Source: Eledone cirrhosa
Lineage: Eukaryota
Direction of reading: 5' to 3'
DNA: 64,000 nt
Assembly (NCBI GenBank): GCA_964016885.1
Contig: OZ024764.1
Location: 5,208,001-5,272,000, forward strand
The notes under the pieces were generated by a model that did not search any database, was not told the DNA's origin, and saw only the letters and a list, made by a program, of their open reading frames with translations. This document shows, piece after piece, positions 1 through 9,241 of the stretch. Each line of letters begins with the position of its first letter. The stretch's first letter is position 1. A program made the translations under genes and the position numbers.

Positions 1-50
1 GTTTCCCCTATCTAGGGCATCTCCTTTACCCTTGTAGCAGTTAATGATGA
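1..50 (-). mobile_element. End of a minus-strand RTE LINE fragment (continues off the window)
   Basis: Matches 20656-20705, which encodes CYKGKGDALDRGNY on the minus strand. Confidence 0.8.
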
Positions 51-180
51 TGATATATATATAAAAGAAATAGGATTTCGCTTCAAGCATATCTTTATAC
101 AATATGTATAAATATTTTGTATCTCCAAAGAAATACGGTTTTAGGAAGCCTTAGCTCTGCAAACCCTGGGGGGCAAACGT

Positions 181-345
181 CCTCTGGTGATGTCCAGCAG
201 AAGCAAGGGGGACAACCGTCTATGCATTTCAGGCTTAACTGACCATCGTCTGGACAGTCCCTCCCACTGCTTGCGACTGCTGGCCAGTTAAGCGTGAAAT
301 GCATAGACGGTTGTCCCCCTTGCTTCTGCTGGACATCACCAGAGG
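181..345. repeat. Long inverted repeat/hairpin (~65-bp arms, ~35-bp spacer)
   Basis: CCTCTGGTGATGTCCAGCAGAAGCAAGGGGGACAACCGTCTATGCATTTCA... pairs with ...TGAAATGCATAGACGGTTGTCCCCCTTGCTTCTGCTGGACATCACCAGAGG. Copies at 20836-21000, 23540-23704, 44005-44169 and 46710-46874. Confidence 0.95.
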
Positions 346-461
346 CCTTGAAACCCTAAGTCCCTTTTGCTCTGTGTATGAACAGAAATAAATAATGTAA
401 TATATATATATGTATGTGTGTGTATCTATTTATATATTTAACTATTTTTTTCTCATTACAG

Positions 462-494
462 CAACCTTCTTATGTTAGATTACAAGAAATTTAT
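462..494 (+). CDS. Candidate micro-exon type E1 (33 nt), phase-2 translation NLLMLDYKKF(M)
   Basis: tttaac...tttttttctcattacAG | CAACCTTCTTATGTTAGATTACAAGAAATTTAT | GTAAGT. Length is a multiple of 3 and the flanks are homologous to the other micro-exons. Confidence 0.6.
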
Positions 495-667
495 GTAAGT
501 GTTACCTTAACAAACTGTCTAACCATTGTTTAATCTGCTCCTCCCTCTACCTCTCCCTTTATACACACACACATATATACCCCTATATATATATGTATAC
601 ACACACACACACAAATATATACACATATATACATATATATATACACACACATATATATACATATATA

Positions 668-762
668 CAAGCGAGACACGGCCTGCTGACCAATCTCGTC
701 TTAAGTGGGACAAAACCGTCCAACCCATGCTAGCATGGAAGATGGACTTTAAATGATGATGA
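668..762 (+). mobile_element. RTE-type 3' tail fragment (LINE/SINE end)
   Basis: CCGTCCAACCCATGCTAGCATGGAAGATGGACTTTAAATGATGATGAT resembles the LINE end at 9182-9240, with a (GAT)n tail. Confidence 0.7.
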
Positions 763-833
763 TATATATACACTGACACATATATATACATATATACAAA
801 TATATATACGCATATATCTATATATATATATAT

Positions 834-943
834 GAGTTCAAGTCCACCGAGGTTAACTTTGCCTTTCATCTTTACGAGGTCGATAAAATAAAGTACCAGT
901 GGTGCACTGGGGTAATCGCTGGCCTTGTGCCATAAGTAGAAAC
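834..943 (+). mobile_element. 5'-truncated tRNA-derived SINE
   Basis: B-box-like GAGTTCAAGTCC followed by a GGTTAACTTTGCCTTTCATC...GTCGATAAAATAAAGTACCAGT core. Same family as the minus-strand copies at 6335 and 13139; other copies near 21531, 24193, 44700 and 47363. Confidence 0.75.
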
Positions 944-1054
944 TATAATTATATATATATAACCAAAGATTAATATAGTTCGTTGATTACTCAACGAATA
1001 CAGTTGTACAATAGATTAGAAGAACTCAACAGTGAAAGTTTTCCTGGACTTTTT

Positions 1055-1316
1055 AATATTAACAAATGAAAAATATTCTCATAATCAAAATATATACTTT
1101 ATTATATACATTTCAAAGGTATATGACATACCTCTACGGTCTTGATTCTTCAATTCCAGTATTGCAGTCACTGCCAATACTGGAATTGAAGAATCAAGAC
1201 CGTAGCGCTATGTCATAATCATATATTTTGTCTGATGAGGACGTACTGAAAAAACAACAATATATATAATAAAGTATATATTTTGATTATGCGAATATTT
1301 TTCATTTGTTAACATT
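1055..1316. repeat. Nested fold-back palindrome (outer ~55-bp arms; inner near-perfect palindrome 1134-1205)
   Basis: AACAAATGAAAAATATTCTCATAATCAAAATATATACTTTATTATATA pairs with 1262-1310; the inner part is CTACGGTCTTGATTCTTCAATTCCAGTATTG/CAATACTGGAATTGAAGAATCAAGACCGTAG. Copies near 21751, 24414, 44920 and 47584. Confidence 0.92.
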
Positions 1317-1323
1317 TTGAATA

Positions 1324-1369
<46 letters not shown>

Positions 1370-1435
1370 AGGTAAAATGAATAATGAAAGAGTTGCAAGC
1401 CTTTAAAACATATCTTTATAAAGCTCTTACATATG

Positions 1436-1487
<52 letters not shown>

Positions 1488-1491
<4 letters not shown>

Positions 1492-1730
1492 TCATTATCA
1501 TTTTATGTCCGCTTTTCCCTGCTTGCAAGGGTAGGGCTCTCACCACCACTGGCCATGTTTTTCGTGGTCTTCCTTTTACTGGGATTTTTTAGCACCTCTT
1601 TACCCAGCGGTCATCCTCGATGCGCATCACTTGTCCATACCATCTCAGTCTTCTCTCCTGCACACCACAACTCATCCCCAGTTTCTCTCTCAACTCATCT
1701 ATGGTCTTGTCGTTCACGCATATTGACACA
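1488..1730 (-). mobile_element. Decayed RTE LINE 3' fragment
   Basis: Minus-strand (GAT)n tail plus GCAAGCAGGGAAAAGCGGAC and a TGTGGTGTGCAGGAGAGAAGACTGAGATGGTATGGAC (QERRLRWYG-like) segment. Confidence 0.65.
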
Positions 1731-2474
1731 CACACACACACACACATATATATATTAATTCTATTGACTGATTAATAGCTCTTGTTAATTTTAAAACCAT
1801 TCTGTTGAGAGCTTAATTCGTTTTGTGATATTTTGCAATAACACACATACTGAATTCATCCGCCAAAACTAAGGGTTGCCCCCCCCCCCCCTGTGAAGCC
1901 CCACGTGGGTTTTGATAACGGTCAGTCCTTGGCTTGGCACTGAACTAAAAGCCTGTTGCAAAAGTGACTTCCTTGTTCGATCATCATACAAAAAGCTTAA
2001 CATTATTTGTCTAAGTAGACAGTACTTGATTTAGGAGTTGCAGAAACCCAATACTGGATATTACCAACCTTCCAGGGGTCCGGGTATAATTTTCCATCAT
2101 ATTTTATTTGTTTTACTCGAATTACTTGGTCGTGTCTATGGCTGTGTGGATAATTGTTTAACCATCGTCTCAGTGCGTTTGGCCTTTTAACTTACGTTGT
2201 TGCTCTAGTTCACTAGCTTCTATGGAGCGTTTCCCACACATCTCGGAAGTTGTTTTTCGTTAATTTCCAATAGCAGAAATGCAATTCTCGCTAATTTATA
2301 TATATATATATATATACACGTATAAGGGATAACAAAATATCGTTATAGGTAATCCAGTTAGAGGTTGTGAATACTCTGTATTGTGGTTAGTCTTAGTCTA
2401 CGGCGTTGTTTGACTCAACAAGAGGTTTCCGTAGGTGGCAAGTATTTGAGTTCTCTTGAATTCCTATGTAAGTT

Positions 2475-4930
2475 TTGTTGTACACCAGTTACCATAACTC
2501 TAGCAACCCATCACATTTATTTCTACTGAATCTCATATTTGTTAAGTTTAACGTAGAGATTATAGTAATATCAATGTCTTGCTGTAGCTTATAGGGTAGG
2601 TTACCATAGGGTAGGTTACTGTAGGGTAGGTTACCATAGGGTAGATAGTGTCTGGTAGGTTACCATAGGGTAGGTTACGATAGGGTAGGATAGTGTTTGG
2701 TAGGTTACCATAGGGTAGGTTACTGTAGGGTAGGTTACGATAGGGTAGGATACTGTAGGGTAAGTTACTGGAGCGTAGGTTACGATAGGGTAGGTTACCA
2801 TTGGGTAGGTTACCATTGGGTAGGTTATTATAGGGTAGGTTACCACAGGGTAGGTTACCATAGAATAGGTTACTGTAGGGTATTTTACCATAGGGTATGT
2901 TACCATAGGGTAGGTTACCATAGGTAGGTTACCTTAGGGTAGGTGACCATAGTGTAGGTTACCATAGATTAGGTTCTGTATGGTAGGTTAGGTTACTATA
3001 GGGTAGGTTACCATAGGGTAGGTTACGATAGGGTAGGTTACCATAGCGTAGGTTACTATTGGGTAGGTTACCATAGGGTAGGTTACTGTAGGTTAGGTTA
3101 CGTAGGGTTGGTTACCATAGGGTAGGTTGCCATAGAGTAGGTTATTATAGGGTAGGTTACCATAAGGTAGATTACCTCAGGGTAGGTTACTGTAGGGTAG
3201 GTTACCATGGGGTAGGTTACCATAGGGTAGGTTACCATAGTGTAGGTTACCTTAAATTAGGTTACCACAGGATAAGTTACCATATGGTAGGTTACTGTAG
3301 GTTAGGTTACCATAGGTCAGGTTACCATAGGGTAGGTTACTATAGGTTGCTACCATTGGGTAGGTTACTGTAGGGTAACATAGGTTACCATAGTGTAGGT
3401 TAATATAACATAGGTCACCATAGTGTAGGTTACTTTAGATTAGGTTACCATAGGGTAGGTTACCACAGGATAGGTTACCATAGGGTAGGTTACTATAGGT
3501 TGTTACCATAGGGTAGGTTACGATATGGTTGGTTACCATAGTGTAGGTTACTATAACATTGGTTACCATAGTGTAGGTTACCTTAATTTAGGTTACCATA
3601 GGTTAGGTTACCGTATCGTAGGTTACTGTAGGTTAGGTTACCATAGGGTAGGTTACTATAGGGTAGGCTACCAATGATAGGTTACCATAGGGTAGGTTAC
3701 CACAGGATATGTTACCATAGGGTAGGTTACTGTAGGGTAGGTTACTATAACATAGGTCACCATAGTGTAGGTTACTTTAGATTAGGTTACCATAGGGTAG
3801 GTTACCACAGGATAAGTTACCATATGGTAGGTTACTGTAGGTTGTTACCATAGGCTAGGTTACTATAACATAGGTTACCAAAGTGTAGGTTTCTATAGGT
3901 TGTTACCATAGGGTAGGTTACTGTAGGGTAGGTTACCATAGGTTAGGTTACCATAGTGTAGGTTACTGTAGGGTAGGTTACTGTAGGGTAGGATACTGTA
4001 GGGTAGAATACTGTAGGGTAGGTTACCATAGGGTAGGATACTGTAGGGTAGGTTACTGTAGGGTAGGTTACTGTAGGGTAGGATACTGTAGGGTAGGTTA
4101 CTGTAGGGTAGGATACTGTAGGGTAGGTTACCGTAGGGTAGGTTACTGTAGGGTAGGTTACCATAGGGTAGGATACTGTAGGGTAGGTTACTGTAGGGTA
4201 GGATACTGTAGGGTAGGATACTGTAGGGTAGGTTACCATAAGGTAGGATACTGTAGGGTAGGATACTGTAGGGTAGGATACTGTAGGGTAGGATACTGTA
4301 GGGTAGGTTACTGTAGGGTAGGTTACCGTAGGGTAGGTTACTGTAGGGTAGGTTACCATAGGGTAGGATACTGTAGCGTAGGTTACTGTAGTGTAGGTTA
4401 CCATAGGGTAGGTTATTATAGTATAGGTTACCGTAGGGTAGGTTTCCATGAAGTAGGTGACCATAGGGTAGGTTACTATAAGTAAGGTTACCATAGGGTA
4501 GGTTTCCATGAAGTAGGTTACCACAGGGTAGGTTAACATAAATTAGGTTACCTTAGGGTAGGTTACCATAAGTTAGGTTACCATAGGGTAGGTTTCCACA
4601 AGGTATTAACATAAAGTAGGTTACCATAAGTTAGGTTACCATAGGGTAGGTTACCATAAGTTAGGTTACCAGAGGGTAGGTTACCATAGGTTTGTTAAGG
4701 TTAGGCTAGGCTGGTCTACTCGGTGAGTTAAAACTCACTTGTGACTGTAGTGTTTTAGAATAAGTGTCTTAATCTTTCGTGCACCACTAAATTTTTTAAC
4801 TATTTCCCCTGAAACTGCCTTATTTTGGGGAGGTTATCTTATCAATCGAATAGCGTCCTAAATCTAAATTACACCTCAGAATTTTAGGGGCCACGCTATG
4901 TACCGGATAGACTTGTACACCGGCATATAT
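2475..4930 (+). mobile_element. Left-truncated pogo/Tigger-like non-autonomous DNA transposon with internal 15-bp minisatellite
   Basis: Right end GACTTGTACACCGGCATATA matches the TIR of the complete copies; the left end was lost at the junction near 2475. Confidence 0.6.
2590..4710. repeat. 15-bp minisatellite (TAGGGTAGGTTACCA / TAGGGTAGGTTACTG variants)
   Basis: Direct reading; about 140 degenerate units. Confidence 0.98.
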
Positions 4931-5269
4931 ATATATGCAAAGAGAGCGAGAGAAACAGCGGGAGTGAGAGAGATACATTAAAACAATAACAGAGGTCTGA
5001 CTGGAGAATTTACTTTAGAATTTTAAGAGAAAAGAGGAAGGTTTCAGACTTCTGGAATTCCTTCACGAAAATGTCCTATTTATCTGTAACACAAACTTCA
5101 AAAAATGAGACAACCACTTAATAACCTATAGATCATGTGAGCCCACCAGCTAGATAGATTTCCTTGTTACCATAAGACAGAGTGACTGTTATAAAAACAA
5201 AGTCCCTCCCTAGTGAAGAATGCACCTCCCAACATACCTTAGGAGACAACCTGGAAGAAAAGAGTATAG

Positions 5270-6270
5270 ATCAAAATCAAAAGGTCTTAAAGTCAATTTG
5301 GTAAAGACTAAAGTTCTAGTAAGTAGAAAGGAAAACTGGGCCCAGATCTCTTCAGGTAAACTGTCCTGCTCAGTGTGCAGAAAAGGAGTAGGTAGAAATT
5401 CCATCCTATGTCCCATATAGAAATGATGGGTACACAAAAGATGTTGTGGGATCTCAGGAAGGCTAACAAAGAATGTAGCTTCTACATGTGGCCAATGAAC
5501 AGGAGCAGGAAATATCAAGAGCTCTCGGGTTACAATCTCCTTCAAATACCCAGAAGTCTCTGTAGAGGTGGTAGATAGTTTCTGTTACCTAGGTGACTAA
5601 ATCAGCAGTGGAGTAGGGTGGTCCCAAAACTCAGTAACAAGAGTGAGATTAGATTGGAGAAAGTGCAGGGATCTACTACTACTGCTAACTACAAAAGGTT
5701 TTTCCCTCAAAATGAAGGGCAGACTGTATGATGCAGGTATACAAACAACAATGTTGCACAGCAGCGAGACCTGGGCACTGTGTGTAGAAGATCTGTAAAG
5801 ATTGGAAAGAAATGAAGCCTCCATGCTTCAATGGATGTGCCATAGTAATATAGGCAAATGGCAAAACATAAATGTACTGTGAGAGAAATTAGGCATAAGA
5901 GGGATTAGATGCAGTGTGCAGGAGAGGGATTGTTTTGGTATAGAAATGTGATGTGTATGAAGGGTGACAGCTGTATAAAAAGGTGCCAAACGCACAAAGT
6001 TGACAGAGGCCGTGGAGTGGGCAGGTCTAGGAAGACTTGGGATGAGGTAAGGAAAGCTGACTTTGCACAATTACACCTAGCTAAGGCAATGACACAGGAT
6101 GGTGACCTCTGGCGCTATGCACAATTATAGTGGACTACATCCACAATCCACCAGACATTTTCCCTACCAACACCCCACACAAGTTCCCAAACCTCACCAT
6201 AAAGTGGTCCCGCTGCAGCCATGACAAACGTGTCCAGTCCACACTGTACAGTGGTCTTGTAGGTGTCCTG
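5270..6270 (+). pseudogene. Decayed RTE-clade LINE ORF fragment (C-terminal RT region with Cys-rich insert) plus 3' region
   Basis: KGLKVNLVKTKVLV, CSVCRKGVGRNSILC, VVDSFCYLGD and GRLYDAG..TMLHSSETWAL motifs; several stops and frameshifts. Confidence 0.88.
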
Positions 6271-6334
6271 CCAAAAATTAATATTGGGCCTTAAAACCTT
6301 GAGTGCCTTTTGTTCTGTGTATGAACATAAATAA

Positions 6335-6466
6335 TTGTTTCTACTTTTGGCACAAGGCCAGCAATTATCCAGTGCATTACTGGTACTTTATTTTATCGAC
6401 CCCGTAAGGATGAAAGGCAAAGTTAACCTCGGCGGGATTTGAACTCAGATCGGAAAGGGAAGTAAC
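6335..6466 (-). mobile_element. Truncated tRNA-derived SINE in the intron upstream of E2
   Basis: Reverse complement of the 834-943 family (GATTTGAACTC B-box on the minus strand). Copies near 29710, 52865 and 60859. Confidence 0.75.
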
Positions 6467-6548
6467 TAAATAAATAATGTAATATATATATATATGTATT
6501 TGTGTGTGTATCTATTTATATATTTAACTATATTTTTTGTAATCACAG

Positions 6549-6590
6549 GACTGATACAGAGGAGAGTATCGCTCCAGAAAAGAATGACGA
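6549..6590 (+). CDS. Candidate micro-exon type E2 (42 nt), TDTEESIAPEKND(E)
   Basis: tttaactatattttttgtaatcacAG | GACTGATACAGAGGAGAGTATCGCTCCAGAAAAGAATGACGA | GTAAGT. GC-richer island in AT-rich flanks; phase 0 is closed by TGA. Confidence 0.68.
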
Positions 6591-6663
6591 GTAAGTTTTA
6601 GTTTTACATACTATCTAACCATTATTCTATCTGTTCCTTCCCATCTCTCTCTCTCTCTCTCTT

Positions 6664-6697
<34 letters not shown>

Positions 6698-6826
6698 GTA
6701 AGGTGTATTACTGGCTGTGTAAAACGGTCCAATAAATTTTTGTTAGCAATATTAAGTCCTCCACGCTTTTGTATATCTCCAATTCCATTCAAGGGAACAG
6801 CTAGATGATGTAAAACGGAGTATTTG

Positions 6827-6930
6827 TATCAAAATGAAAATCCGAAGGCAAGGTAAAATTTCCAATCATTTTAATCACGTTGTGATTAAAATGATTGGAA
6901 ATCTTACCTTCCTTTGGATTTTCATTTTGA

Positions 6931-6932
<2 letters not shown>
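6827..6932. repeat. Fold-back palindrome, ~52-bp arms, 3-nt loop
   Basis: TATCAAAATGAAAATCCGAAGGCAAGGTAAAATTTCCAATCATTTTAATCAC gtt GTGATTAAAATGATTGGAAATCTTACCTTCCTTTGGATTTTCATTTTGATA. Copies near 14068, 30200, 37247, 53355, 60267 and 61280. Confidence 0.95.
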
Positions 6933-6965
<33 letters not shown>

Positions 6966-6986
6966 GACTCTGTCTCTTATAAACCA

Positions 6987-7497
6987 CGTTGGCTATTATG
7001 ACACTCTCTCCAACATAGAGAGCTATGTTGGCTAATATGACTCTCTCTCTCCCTCTCTATGTTGGCTATTATGACTCTCTCTCTCTCCCTCTCTATGTTG
7101 GCTATTATGACTATCTCTCTCTATGTTGGCTATAATGACTCTCTCTCTCTATTTATGTTGGCTATTATGACTCTCTCTCTCTCTCTCTCTCCCTCCCTCT
7201 CTATGTTGGCTATTATGACTCTCTCTCTCCCTCTCTATGTTGGCTATTATGACTCTCTCTCTCTCTATGTTGGCTATAATGACTCTCTCTCTCTCTATGT
7301 TGGCTATTATGACTCTCCCACTCTATGTTGGCTATTATGACTCTCTCTCTCTCTATGTTGGCTATAATGACTCTCTCTCTCTCTATGTTGGCTATAATGA
7401 CTCTCCCACTCTATGTTGGCTATTATGACTCTCTCTCTCTCTATGTTGGCTATAATGACTCTCTCTCTCTCTATGTTGGCTATTATGTCTCTCTCTG
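6987..7497. repeat. ~30-bp minisatellite (CT)n-ATGTTGGCTA(T/A)TATGA
   Basis: Direct reading. Variable copy number at 14229-14417, 30357-30900, 37399-37585, 53513-54056, 60423-60580 and 61431-61656. Confidence 0.95.
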
Positions 7498-7849
7498 TTC
7501 AAGCTTTATGAAGTTAGTTGAACATCTTCAAAGTCCTCCCATATTCGCCTTGTCTAATATGCGTTCTTGTACCTGATTATTTCCCCCAAATCTCCTGGGA
7601 AGTTATAAGCCATGATGGCTACCTATCTCACAATTTCTCTCCTGCCCACCCCCTCACACCACCATAGTCTATTCGACCAATCAAACCTCAGAAACATGTC
7701 CCCACCCATTACCAACCCCAACAAACTCTGCCATTACTACTACTTCTACTTTTCTTCTAGCCCTTACCAGCCCCAACAAACCCTGACATTATTACTACTA
7801 TTGTCCTTCTAGCTATGGGCTGAGGATAAATGGGGCTACCCCAAATTAA

Positions 7850-9241
7850 TAAATGAATATGAATCCGCGAGTTACCAAGCACCCATGCAAAGCTTTAATT
7901 CAGAGACAGGAAGCATACACACCCCACTGCAAAATTCACCCTTTCCCACGAGTGGTGGCAAATGCCCAAAACTCCGAGTTGGAACCATCAATGTAAGCAC
8001 AATGAAAGGAAGAGCAGGAGAAATTGTAGAGATGCTAGAGCGAAAGAAAATTGATGTATGCTGTGTGCAAGAGACTAGATGGAGAGCAGAGTCCGCTGGA
8101 GTCCTTGCAGGCAGAAGTCAGTGCTACCAACTTGTCTGGGTAGCAAATGACAACAGGATGGGAGGTGTAGCTATCCTATTAGCTGACAAATGGGTAGATA
8201 AGGTAATCTCAGTGAACAGGGTGAATGCAAGAATAATGAAACTTGGACAAGTCCTGAATAAAACAATTGCCACAATAATATCAGCTTACGCACCCCAATT
8301 GGGGTTGCCAGCTGACTATAGCGGGGAATTTAGTTTAGAGGTCGGTGTCCACCAGGGCTCTGTTCTTAGCCCACTCCTGTTCGTTGAAGTATTGCAAGCA
8401 ATAACGGAGGTGATTATGACCGGTGCCCATGGGAACTCCTATATGCGGATCATCTCACACTTATAGCCGAATCTATGGTGGAACTATACTTGCTCAGTAT
8501 GTAGAAAAGGAGTAGGCTGGCTGCAAAAGGCTTTCCCCTCAAAATGAAAAGCAGACTGTATGATGTGGGTATACGAATAGCAATGTTACATAGTAGTGAA
8601 ACCTTGGCGCCGTCTGTGGAAGAATTGCATAGATTAGAAAGAAATGAAGCCTGCATGCTCCGATGGATGTGTAATAGTAATATACGCAAACGGCAAAGCA
8701 TAAATGAATTGAGAGAGTGACTGAGCATAAGAGGAATGAAATGCTGTGTGCAGGAGAGGAGGTTGCATTGGACATGTGATGCGTATGAAGGATGACAGCT
8801 GTATAAAAAGGTGTAGAGCAGTAGAAGTCGATGGAAGCCGTAGAGTGGGGAGACCCAAGAAGAGCTGGGATGAGGTGATAAAAGCCGACCTTACCCAGTT
8901 GCACCTCTCAAAGGCGATGACACAGGACCGTCACCTCTGGCATCAAGCAGTAATACAGAAGACCTGACTCCCCAGGGCTACAAGCGGAAGCTGAAGCGTA
9001 TGCTCCCACCCTCTCCGACTGTACAGTGGACGTATAGGCGCCACAGACAAAAAGCACCCAGGACTCACTGTAAATGAGGTTGGTGTTAGGAAGGGCATCC
9101 AGCTGTAGGAATCAAGCCAGAATCAGTTCCTGTATGAGCAAGACAAGGTCAGCTGAACAGACACTGCCCACAACAGGACAACCCGTCTAACCCATGCTAG
9201 CGTGGAAGAATGGACGTAAAACAGTGATGATGAAGATGATA
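7850..9241 (+). pseudogene. Internally deleted RTE-clade LINE (AP-endonuclease + RT fragments, 3' UTR, GAT tail)
   Basis: LRVGTINVSTM...IDVCCVQETRW (APE) and ISAYAPQ fused to GVHQGSVLSPLLF (RT); GRPKKSWDEVI; ends in GATGATGAAGATGAT. Confidence 0.92.

Noticed and set aside
519-869. YI/HT-rich ORFs (also 1384-1758 and their copies)
   Set aside because: Translations of (TA)n/(CA)n microsatellites and TE fragments.
2435-2467. Another 33-nt AG…GTAAGT island (GTGGCAAG…TTCCTAT)
   Set aside because: Poor polypyrimidine tract, closed by TGA in the phase used by the other exons, flanks not homologous to the exon family, and no divergence between paralogous blocks.
2590-4710. True telomeric or interstitial telomere array
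   Set aside because: The unit is a 15-mer with TACCA/TACTG, not (TTAGGG)n; the resemblance is only partial.
4722-4756. GTGAGTTAAAACTCAC hairpin followed by CTGTAGTG as a Helitron or CACTA end
   Set aside because: No matching opposite terminus was found; it lies within the TIR-bounded element, so there is not enough support for a separate call.
6987-7497. CRISPR-like regularly spaced repeat
   Set aside because: The 'spacers' are just (CT)n, there are no cas genes, and the context is eukaryotic.
7059-7576. MLAIMTLSLS-repeat ORFs resembling signal peptides
   Set aside because: Translation of the 30-bp (CT)n minisatellite; the frame shifts with microsatellite length between copies.
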